Virus record (IMG/VR): IMGVR_UViG_3300025073_000001
Length of the DNA stretch: 47,864 bases
Direction: 5' to 3' (one strand)
Origin: a virus
Lineage: Duplodnaviria; Heunggongvirae; Uroviricota; Caudoviricetes
Numbering within the stretch: position 1 is the first letter of the stretch; each line of letters begins with the position of its first letter. The position numbers and the translations under genes are program-made. This document shows positions 1 to 7,831 of this stretch, piece by piece. The notes beneath the pieces were generated by a model. It did not search any database, had not been told where the DNA came from, and saw nothing but the letters and a program-made list of their open reading frames with translations.

Positions 1-54
1 ATCATGTATTGCTTCATTAACTTGAAATGTCTTAACCTTTTTGCTGTTTTTCAT
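1..54 (-). CDS. 5' end of a small basic protein (MKNSKKVKTFQVNEAIHD...), possibly ribbon-helix-helix DNA binder; runs off the window
   Basis: ATG at 54 just downstream of GATACTTATG motif (61-70); frame open to window edge. Confidence 0.4.
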   Translation of the reverse strand, partial: MKNSKKVKTFQVNEAIHD

Positions 55-160
55 ATCAACCATAAGTATCCTAATTTTTACAAAAACCTATTTGATTTTA
101 CTTGTTTTTATTGTTAATGATTTGTTATTTGTCAGTAATTAAATTGTAAAATATTATGCA

Positions 161-168
161 CAAAGATA
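161..168 (-). promoter_or_regulatory. Bacteroidota sigma-A type -7 element TATCTTTG
   Basis: Exact TAnnTTTG in the intergenic gap; -33 element weak. Confidence 0.4.
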
Positions 169-227
169 AGTGAAATATTCCAATTAATAAAGAAATCTTG
201 AATTTGTTTTTGATCATTCTAATTTAT

Positions 228-2075
228 TTAGACACCAGTCAATGCATCGTACGCCGAAACGTGAAGCCGAGTCAATCCAATAAAACGATATTTCTTTGCC
301 ATTTCCATGCACCATTTAGTCCGTTCATGGAAGTTTTCCCTTGAAGTTAAAGCTGGCATACAAACCACGTTCTTCAAAGGAATATTAAATGGTTTGATGT
401 AAGTTTCAAACATCTCAAAAATATCATCTTCGTTTGAAATGACAAACTTGAATTGATAATTATGATGGGATTTTATTCTTTCAATCGCCTCAGGAACAAT
501 TCTCTGCTTTTCAGTCATTCCTGAATTGGAAAGTTTCGGTGAACAATTGATTTGATCTAAGCATTCAAATAATAAATCATTTATATAAACAGTTCCGTTT
601 GTTTCAATCTCTTGAAATGAAGGCCATTTTATAGGAATCATTTCTCCTGAATATCCATCAGTAACACCAAGGCCTTCTATCGTATTCATAAAAATATTGA
701 AATTAACAATACTTTCTTGATGTTGCTTGATTGTTGGTTCTCCTCCGGTCCAAATTATATGAATCAGTCCAGAACAAATGTCATTATAAATTCCTTCGAC
801 TTTCCAATCATCAATTATTTGTTGAAATTCAACGTGTTCGCCTCGAAGCCAAACTGGTGTTGTATCACAATTATGAGAAAGAACTGATTCAACAAAATAA
901 TTTTTATGTGGTAAACATTCTATTTTTGCAATACGCCTATGCAGTCCATTATACTTTTCCAATTTAATAACTTTTAATCCATTCATAATGAACTCTTGAA
1001 TTCTTTTAACAAATTCTGCTTTACGTTCAACCGTATAATTAGACTTCTTCTTCATTTTATCATAAAAATCAATGAATAAAACTTCATATCCGTTTCGTTC
1101 ATATACAATTCTACGTTTATCTTCCCAGATTTCATCTCGATCATATTGTGGATAACTTGAATCATATGTCTCAATTAACTTGTTGGTTCCAGGAATTATA
1201 AAATCCGGATTCTGGTTTTCTATCCAAAAAGTTCCATTTCCACAATATTTAATGCCCCAATTATATTGCTTTTCTAAATTTAAAATTTTTTGTTCGGGGC
1301 CTGAAATCTTATGAATATGTCTATTACTCCAACTTTTTTTAACAACATCGACGTTCTTCATAGGGTTGTTTTCACGCATTCGAATAGAAACCTTTTCCCA
1401 ATCAATTTTTTTCTGACCTTCTGAATGTGCCTGTTTATATTCATCCGTGAACATATATGATTTATCTGCACCACCAAAGGCCTTTGTTATTTTGGCTTGT
1501 TTTTCATCTGAATAAGTTTCCCATCTAAATTTAGAATTCAACCCTTGAACAATATTAAATGGAACGTGCCATAATTCATCATTAAGTAATAATTGATCTG
1601 CACGTTTCCATTCATTTTTGACATAAAATAAATGATCTTTAGTACAAGTTAGACGTTTTTTATTTTCTAAGGTTATTGTTAATAGATTTTCATTATCAGT
1701 TTCAACAAATTCAAGACGAGTTATGTTTGTTTTTTCTATTTCATTAGAAACTTCATTGAATCCTAACAATTCATCACCAATCTTTAATTCTGATAAAGAT
1801 TTAGAACCTGTAATTGTTTTTATTTTATGATTATCTAAAAAGCAAGACCAAGTTGCTTTCCCTTCAATTTCTAAATCTCCAACATAAGGTTCATTCAAAT
1901 CAGGATTGATTTCACCCTTTTTGATCGAGTTCAAATATCTGATACTTGAACCACATTGAATGTTACATTGACTCAAACGGATGAAGTATGCAGGTACTCC
2001 TGACGTTTTTCCTTCTCCTTGAATGCTGAAGAATCGCTCGGAAACCAACAATTTGTTTGGAAGTATTTTTGTCAT
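228..2075 (-). CDS. queE: 7-carboxy-7-deazaguanine synthase QueE-like radical SAM protein, interrupted by an intein
   Basis: ERFFSIQGEG, FIRLSQCNIQC, W-S|C-D-T, TGGEP, IETNGT, CSPKL, RLHV motifs. Confidence 0.88.
   Translation of the reverse strand: MTKILPNKLLVSERFFSIQGEGKTSGVPAYFIRLSQCNIQCGSSIRYLNSIKKGEINPDLNEPYVGDLEIEGKATWSCFLDNHKIKTITGSKSLSELKIGDELLGFNEVSNEIEKTNITRLEFVETDNENLLTITLENKKRLTCTKDHLFYVKNEWKRADQLLLNDELWHVPFNIVQGLNSKFRWETYSDEKQAKITKAFGGADKSYMFTDEYKQAHSEGQKKIDWEKVSIRMRENNPMKNVDVVKKSWSNRHIHKISGPEQKILNLEKQYNWGIKYCGNGTFWIENQNPDFIIPGTNKLIETYDSSYPQYDRDEIWEDKRRIVYERNGYEVLFIDFYDKMKKKSNYTVERKAEFVKRIQEFIMNGLKVIKLEKYNGLHRRIAKIECLPHKNYFVESVLSHNCDTTPVWLRGEHVEFQQIIDDWKVEGIYNDICSGLIHIIWTGGEPTIKQHQESIVNFNIFMNTIEGLGVTDGYSGEMIPIKWPSFQEIETNGTVYINDLLFECLDQINCSPKLSNSGMTEKQRIVPEAIERIKSHHNYQFKFVISNEDDIFEMFETYIKPFNIPLKNVVCMPALTSRENFHERTKWCMEMAKKYRFIGLTRLHVSAYDALTGV
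870..1844 (-). mobile_element. 325-aa intein in QueE with a central PD-(D/E)xK (Vsr/DUF559-like) endonuclease domain
   Basis: Starts CFLDNHKI, block B CTKDH, ends NYFVESVLSHN followed by C+1; central NPDFIIPGTNKLIETY. Confidence 0.9.
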
Positions 2076-2290
2076 TATTCTTTTTCTTTAATGTCTTTAA
2101 TTACACAATTTCCGGAAGCAGCCAAACTCAGAGCGATTGAACGTATATAAGCATAGGTTCCAGTTTTTTCAATTATCATTTCATTCTCATCACCTGGAAC
2201 TTGACAGATGATTTGGAATGTTTTTTCAAGTGCTGACGCTTTACGCCATGCTTTACGCGTTTTAGATGCAAGTTTTGGTGCCTTTATCAT
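2075..2290 (-). CDS. hypothetical protein
   Basis: 71-aa ORF, stop overlaps queE start (TAATG). Confidence 0.6.
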   Translation of the reverse strand: MIKAPKLASKTRKAWRKASALEKTFQIICQVPGDENEMIIEKTGTYAYIRSIALSLAASGNCVIKDIKEKE

Positions 2291-2370
2291 AACATTTTAA
2301 ATTTGTGACCAACGGTCTTTACTCAACAAAGGTAAGTGAAATTTTTCACTTTTCCAAATTTTCTTCAAGT

Positions 2371-2796
2371 TTACTTTCCCGTCGAACCGAATCCACCTTC
2401 ACCACGTTCAGTTTCGCTCAATTCATCACTTTCAGCAGGTTCAATAACTGGGTAAGGAAGAATGATCAATTGCCCGATCCGTTCTCCAGTTGCATAGATT
2501 TTAGATTCATCACCTTGAAGTTTATTAAAAACAAATTTAATGCTGCCGCGAAAACCCGCATCTATCACGCCAACGGAATTTGACAAATTTAATTCATAAT
2601 TTCGTATTGAACTTCTTGGAAAGATTAATCCAACATAAGATGGTGGAATTTCAACTGATAACCAAGTATCATAGCAAATCTGAGTTTCAGTTTCCCAATC
2701 AAGTGTAACAGCAGTCAAATCAAGTCCTGCGTCTTTAACCTTTGCATAACTTGGAATTTTTGCTTCAGGATGAAGTCGTTTGAATTTTACTTTCAT
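2371..2796 (-). CDS. dut: trimeric dUTPase
   Basis: AGLDL, PRSS, GVIDAGFRG, RIGQL, RGEGGFGSTG motifs. Confidence 0.96.
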   Translation of the reverse strand: MKVKFKRLHPEAKIPSYAKVKDAGLDLTAVTLDWETETQICYDTWLSVEIPPSYVGLIFPRSSIRNYELNLSNSVGVIDAGFRGSIKFVFNKLQGDESKIYATGERIGQLIILPYPVIEPAESDELSETERGEGGFGSTGK

Positions 2797-2797
2797 A

Positions 2798-3154
2798 TTA
2801 AATAAATTTTGATCTGATAAAATAAATTGTAAAATTAGGTTCTTTTTGAGTATGAATTGAATATAAAAAACATTTACGTTTACCTTCTATTGCTCTATCA
2901 TAAATCCTATATTGAAAATCAATTAAGTTTGGAAACATTTCAGTTATGACATATTGTTTGACATCATCACAATCAAACGACGGAGTATCTACGTTTATAA
3001 TTTCCAAATCTGGAATTTCCACAACTTCAGAGGTTGCATACCATTCATTTTGAATTTTATAAATGAAATGATCAAAATCCCATTCAATTTCCTGAATTTT
3101 GTCGTAAATGCGGATTTCGCCAGAAATAGCCCTGACCAATGTATTTATTTCCAT
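2798..3154 (-). CDS. hypothetical protein
   Basis: 118-aa ORF tightly packed in operon. Confidence 0.6.
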   Translation of the reverse strand: MEINTLVRAISGEIRIYDKIQEIEWDFDHFIYKIQNEWYATSEVVEIPDLEIINVDTPSFDCDDVKQYVITEMFPNLIDFQYRIYDRAIEGKRKCFLYSIHTQKEPNFTIYFIRSKFI

Positions 3155-3155
3155 T

Positions 3156-3686
3156 TTAAAAATTAAATTGTTTGCCTAACCAAACTTGATTAAGTTGCTT
3201 TTGAAATTCTACTTCTGCAATCCAACCTTTATAACCGAGTCCGACTTTAAAATTTCCCCGCGTTGAAATTGCCGATGAAACTGTCCATTTAGTTGGTTTG
3301 AACTTGGTTATCGTTTCAGTCTTTTTATAGATTGATAAATCATACTTGAAATCTAACAATTGACCAATAGTAGCAATGTCATATTTCAGTTTATAGTCTT
3401 CAGTTGAAATTGAATCTTGATATTGATTGACTGGAATTGGTTCATCCTTGTCAACATATCGATCTAAATAAATTGAATCAGTGATAAATTTAAAGATTGA
3501 ATCAGTTTCAGTGATGTATCTTGTTATTGGAACTGGAACCTTGACTTGAACAGTTTGCACAAACGTGTCAATTTTAATGATAATCTTTTCCTTTTCAACT
3601 GCTTTAACCTTTCCATCGCAGCCAATGAAGTAACCAATTAAAATTCCAATTCCTAATGAAAGGATAATTTGAAAGACTTGCTTCAT
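3156..3686 (-). CDS. membrane-anchored or lipoprotein, possibly lysis accessory (spanin-like)
   Basis: N-terminal hydrophobic stretch ending FIGC; beta-rich C-terminus ending in F; AAAGGA upstream. Confidence 0.45.
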   Translation of the reverse strand: MKQVFQIILSLGIGILIGYFIGCDGKVKAVEKEKIIIKIDTFVQTVQVKVPVPITRYITETDSIFKFITDSIYLDRYVDKDEPIPVNQYQDSISTEDYKLKYDIATIGQLLDFKYDLSIYKKTETITKFKPTKWTVSSAISTRGNFKVGLGYKGWIAEVEFQKQLNQVWLGKQFNF

Positions 3687-3698
3687 TTATTTTCCTTT

Positions 3699-4178
3699 TT
3701 AATATTTTTTAAATTCAAACTTCTTCATTAAATCATCTCCAATATAAAACATTCTATCTGGAGAACAATGAACATCATAATCTTCTTCTGATAAAGCAAT
3801 ATAAATGATATATTTAGAAATATTTTTAATTCCAGAAGGTGCGAAAACAAACTCTTCTGCCATATTTTGACTTTGTCTAGTATTTTTATCTCCATATTTT
3901 AGATAGGCATCATTGACAGGTTTAATTTTATAATTCTGGCTCAACTTATCACCGTCTAATGCAAAAATGACCCTACCAAACCAAGATTTCATTTTACTAT
4001 CATTTTTCAATCTAGTCAATGATACACCTCCAATTAATTCCTTTGTCCCAGGCATCGGCTGTTTAAATTTTCCTGGAGGAAATCTATCTCGTTTAAGAAT
4101 TTCTTCAAAATTTGGAGTTTCAATGTAATGATATAAAATTCCAAGTTGCTTTCCTTCTAACAATGGTCTAAGTTTCAT
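3699..4178 (-). CDS. putative head-packaged protein with MKLRPLLE leader and ADP-ribosyltransferase-like motifs (start revised from 4271)
   Basis: AAGGAG precedes ATG at 4178, which removes the overlap with the upstream gene; LYH, VSLTR, AEE motifs. Confidence 0.5.
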   Translation of the reverse strand: MKLRPLLEGKQLGILYHYIETPNFEEILKRDRFPPGKFKQPMPGTKELIGGVSLTRLKNDSKMKSWFGRVIFALDGDKLSQNYKIKPVNDAYLKYGDKNTRQSQNMAEEFVFAPSGIKNISKYIIYIALSEEDYDVHCSPDRMFYIGDDLMKKFEFKKY

Positions 4179-4188
4179 GCAATTCTCC

Positions 4189-4710
4189 TTATTTACAAAC
4201 ATCGTCCCAATTCGGGACTTGATAAATTGAATATTTTCCGTTTGGCTGATGGGTTTCTCGATCAAATGCAATTGAAATCTTTTTTAGATTAGAAAAGGCT
4301 TCATTTGGGATGATGAAAAAAGTCCAATCTTCATTAAATGGGTTATAGCAAATGACCCTGAGTTTTCCTATTTTATTCTTGATTTCATTGACGCAGGCTC
4401 TTCGAATTGTTCTATCAATGAATTCTCCAGTTCTCTGGCCTTTTTTAACTAACCAAGTCTTTGATTTCTCATCTTGAACTGTTATCGTTTTCACATCTGA
4501 ATCGTCAGTTAAATCACGACCAATACCAACGGGACAGATTTCTAAAATTGGATTAGTTCGGCAGACTGCAATTTCTGCACATTGTGATCCACAAATTAGA
4601 TTATCTTCTAAAAGTCGATCAATGGTCACAATTCCATCAGGATAACATTTTTCTAAACAATATCTAATTAAACGCTCGTTATGATGTTTAAGACTTGAAA
4701 GTGTATTCAT
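4189..4710 (-). CDS. hypothetical protein, possible PD-(D/E)xK nuclease fold
   Basis: AE...RDLTDDSDVKT acidic/Lys spacing resembles a restriction-type active site. Confidence 0.4.
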   Translation of the reverse strand: MNTLSSLKHHNERLIRYCLEKCYPDGIVTIDRLLEDNLICGSQCAEIAVCRTNPILEICPVGIGRDLTDDSDVKTITVQDEKSKTWLVKKGQRTGEFIDRTIRRACVNEIKNKIGKLRVICYNPFNEDWTFFIIPNEAFSNLKKISIAFDRETHQPNGKYSIYQVPNWDDVCK

Positions 4711-4923
4711 TTATCTCTGATAATTTAAAATAAACTTAAAGCAATTGATCAATATTACAGCAATAAAAGTCAACAGTAAGATTGACGACGATTGCCAAAA
4801 CGTCACTTCAATTCCTGTGAAGGTTGTCCATTGATTTATTCCCCAAGTCAATCCCAATGCAGTAAAGGTTCCGAAGGCGACGAATGTCAGGAACGTTGTT
4901 AAAATATCAGTTATTTGTTTCAT
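4711..4923 (-). CDS. small membrane protein with two TM segments
   Basis: Two hydrophobic stretches in 70 aa. Confidence 0.55.
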   Translation of the reverse strand: MKQITDILTTFLTFVAFGTFTALGLTWGINQWTTFTGIEVTFWQSSSILLLTFIAVILINCFKFILNYQR

Positions 4924-5275
4924 AATATTCTAGTGATTTTAATCTTGGTTCAAGTTTCTGTAAAATCCTAAATAAGGTTCTCACAATGTAAGGCATTTCA
5001 ATTGATTCAACTGTCAGTAATCCAAGTGGATAATTTAACCTGAATTTATCTAATTCAGTTGGTTCAGTTCCGATTAATTTCTGTCTTAGAATTGAATTGA
5101 ACCATTCAGTTACTTCCAATTGTTCATTGATTACAATTTCTGACAAAGGTTTTTCATCTTCAAATACTGCCTTGAATTTAATTGAAATTACTTCAATTTG
5201 ACCTTTATTCAAGATTGAAAATTGAATAGGTTTAGTTTTAACCTTTAACTTGAATTTCTTTTCTGTTATTTTCAT
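4907..5275 (-). CDS. hypothetical protein
   Basis: 122-aa ORF in operon. Confidence 0.6.
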   Translation of the reverse strand: MKITEKKFKLKVKTKPIQFSILNKGQIEVISIKFKAVFEDEKPLSEIVINEQLEVTEWFNSILRQKLIGTEPTELDKFRLNYPLGLLTVESIEMPYIVRTLFRILQKLEPRLKSLEYYETNN

Positions 5276-5279
5276 ATTT

Positions 5280-6590
5280 TTATTTTATTGGACATGATCC
5301 ATTATCACAATCTTGAAGATCAAAATCATCTTCATTGACATTGATGCTGTTTATTGGTTTAACCTTCAATTTTAATTCATCATATCTCTCTTTTGAGATG
5401 GTTTCATACGGCGCTTGATCAAATCCATGTCCATAATACAACAGAAAAGAAACAGTTTTTAAAGAATCATTGAAGTTTTCTTCTAACCATTCTTTAATTT
5501 CCGGAAGTTCGTCTTTCTTATAATAAATGGTACAAGAAACTGAATTATCACTCCAATTAGTCTGCATCCATTTGACCAATTCTAAATGCTCAATTGCTCC
5601 TAAAGAATCTCCGATCGGCGTTCCTTCTGGAACTTTACAAGGAAATTCCACGACAACGGTTGAAAAGTCTGGTTTTCCATCAAATCCTCTAACAAACTCA
5701 ACGAAATAACCATTATCCTTACAGATTTGAACGAGATTAGAACTCGCCGACATTCTAATTCTTCTAATGTAATATGGCCCTGCTGGTGAAGGATGAATTC
5801 CAGGAGTTACACCGGGTAGTAGGCTCAAAGTCCCACTCGGCTTCGTAGTTGAAATTTTAATTGAAGTTGGCCAATTATTCTGTTTAGAATATTCTTTATC
5901 AAATTCTCTCAAATGTAAGTAACAATCTGATAACCAACTCTTTTGTTCTTCTGAACTTTGAAGTAAGCCAGTTATTCCAATTCCCATTCTCATATTCTTA
6001 TGAACAATTTCTTCTGTTTCAGGAACTGAACATGGTAACGCAAGTGAATGTTTGTTTATTCGGTAAAGATAAGTTGCAACTTCAAACAATTCTTCTTTTG
6101 AAGATATATTTGGAAGGAAAATATCCGCCAGACAACACGTTTCAAAACAAAATAATGTTTGCTCCGCACAAGGATTATAGACAACCGCATCAATATCTGG
6201 ATATTCAGTTTCGCCTAATCTTCCACATTTTCTCGATAAATCTAAATTTATCAATCCATAAGGTTCACCTTGTTCGTATGTTTGCCAAAATTCTTGTGGT
6301 AAATCTTTAAAATCTAGTGGCGGAACAATGCTGTTATTTGAATTCGATCGCCAATTTGGAATTGAACCTAGATCCCAACGCTTTGCTTTAAGGTATTCCA
6401 AATCATCCCAATCACCAATTGCAAGTTCGGCAGAATTATGTGAAATACTTTCAATATTTCCAAGTCTTTCTCTTGCATAGAAACAATTAACCTCTTCAAC
6501 TTCAATATCAAACGTTTCAGCATTTCCCCAATCTTCTATATCAATTATATCAACAAAATCATAATCTTCAATATTTAACAATTCAGTCAT
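5280..6590 (-). CDS. nrdJ: class II (B12-dependent) ribonucleotide reductase, C-terminal half, preceded by split-intein C fragment
   Basis: NPCAEQ catalytic loop, RMGIGITG, TTKPSGT, QAPYE, C-terminal CDNGSCPIK; first 52 aa end SHN|S. Confidence 0.92.
   Translation of the reverse strand: MTELLNIEDYDFVDIIDIEDWGNAETFDIEVEEVNCFYARERLGNIESISHNSAELAIGDWDDLEYLKAKRWDLGSIPNWRSNSNNSIVPPLDFKDLPQEFWQTYEQGEPYGLINLDLSRKCGRLGETEYPDIDAVVYNPCAEQTLFCFETCCLADIFLPNISSKEELFEVATYLYRINKHSLALPCSVPETEEIVHKNMRMGIGITGLLQSSEEQKSWLSDCYLHLREFDKEYSKQNNWPTSIKISTTKPSGTLSLLPGVTPGIHPSPAGPYYIRRIRMSASSNLVQICKDNGYFVEFVRGFDGKPDFSTVVVEFPCKVPEGTPIGDSLGAIEHLELVKWMQTNWSDNSVSCTIYYKKDELPEIKEWLEENFNDSLKTVSFLLYYGHGFDQAPYETISKERYDELKLKVKPINSINVNEDDFDLQDCDNGSCPIK
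6435..6590 (-). mobile_element. split intein C fragment (52 aa)
   Basis: ETFDIEVEEVNCFYA (block F) and ISHN|S (block G, Ser+1). Confidence 0.88.
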
Positions 6591-7777
6591 ATTTCTAATA
6601 ATTCCTTTATTTGTATTTTAACTAATTCAACATTTTTTCTAATATCAAATTCCCAAAAATGATAATATTCAAACCCGTTATCTATGGCAATTTGTTTTTT
6701 TACTTCATCCTTTTTCCAAACATCATCAACTAAAACCTTTTCATTTTTACCAGGCCAATTAATTAATTGTCCAGATATAAATTTATTCGGATTGCAATGC
6801 CAGAAATCACCATGAACTTCTATTATAATTTTTTTACTTGTGATATAAAAATCATATAAATAAAACCTATCAACTTTAATTGGAAACTCTCGTTGAATTT
6901 GTTCAATTGAAATAACTTCTAATAAAAGATTTTCAAAATCATCATTTAATTTAGTCCTGCGACCGTTTTTCAATAAGTTTTTTAAAACCTTCTTCTTATA
7001 ATCATCATACAACAAAGTTCCAGTTATTTCACCATGTCTTGCTATGAAATTTTCTAATGTTTGTGAGCAAGTTCGTTTCCAATTTTCATATCTCAAATTG
7101 CCATCAACAATGCCATATTTATTAATAAAATTTTCTAACGTTTGTTTACAATCATTAATTTTTTTATCCCAACGGATTTTCCCATCAACTTCTCCAAATT
7201 TTAAAATGAAATTTTCAAGTGTTTGTTTCCCTTCATCTGAAGCAAAATACCACTTATTACCATATCTCTCCAAATTGGTTGCAAACATTGTACTTTTAAC
7301 AGCCCATCCATGCAAATCATCTCCGTATTTATCCTTTCGCGTTTCTGCTGTCTTTTTATTTATTTCTGGACATTTTTGTGGATTATCATACCCGAAATTC
7401 TTCAAAAAAGTTTCTTTTGATTTTGTTCTAAAGTGTTCAGTTTGTGAAATGTTTTCTGAACCATATTTATCCAACATCAATTTTCTAATATTCTTCTGGA
7501 CTTCTGGATTATTGAACGGATTTCCACATCCGTGTAATTTAAGTCTCTTTTCAAAAATTAAATTATAAACATATTCTGTCCCTTTACATAATTTAGAACA
7601 TGACATGATTGTCGGATTTTCCGAATCTATGTTTTTTTCCCAAGTCATTTTTTTAACAGTAATTAATTCTGAACAATTGATATTTGCACAATGAACTAAA
7701 TAACAATATGAATGACGTGTTGGGATTTTTGAATGACATTTGTTATAAATAGTGTCTTTTAAATTTTCTGTACTCAT
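6587..7777 (-). CDS. free-standing homing endonuclease, C-terminal Vsr/DUF559-like PD-(D/E)xK domain with repeated DNA-binding modules
   Basis: YDFYI...IIEVHGDFWH...D..K...A...G....FWE; KYG-x-x-N and QTLENFI repeats; sits between the split-intein halves. Confidence 0.8.
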   Translation of the reverse strand: MSTENLKDTIYNKCHSKIPTRHSYCYLVHCANINCSELITVKKMTWEKNIDSENPTIMSCSKLCKGTEYVYNLIFEKRLKLHGCGNPFNNPEVQKNIRKLMLDKYGSENISQTEHFRTKSKETFLKNFGYDNPQKCPEINKKTAETRKDKYGDDLHGWAVKSTMFATNLERYGNKWYFASDEGKQTLENFILKFGEVDGKIRWDKKINDCKQTLENFINKYGIVDGNLRYENWKRTCSQTLENFIARHGEITGTLLYDDYKKKVLKNLLKNGRRTKLNDDFENLLLEVISIEQIQREFPIKVDRFYLYDFYITSKKIIIEVHGDFWHCNPNKFISGQLINWPGKNEKVLVDDVWKKDEVKKQIAIDNGFEYYHFWEFDIRKNVELVKIQIKELLEI

Positions 7778-7804
7778 TGGAAGTGTCCTTATTTTTAGTT
7801 ATAC

Positions 7805-7820
7805 TATAAGTATCACACTT
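7805..7820 (-). promoter_or_regulatory. putative phage late promoter AAGTGTGATACTTATA
   Basis: Matches motif recurring upstream of structural genes. Confidence 0.55.
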
Positions 7821-7831
7821 CCAGAAAAAAC

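Noticed and set aside
7044-7568. 174-aa plus-strand ORF with repeats
   Set aside because: Mirror of the QTLENFI repeats of the minus-strand endonuclease.
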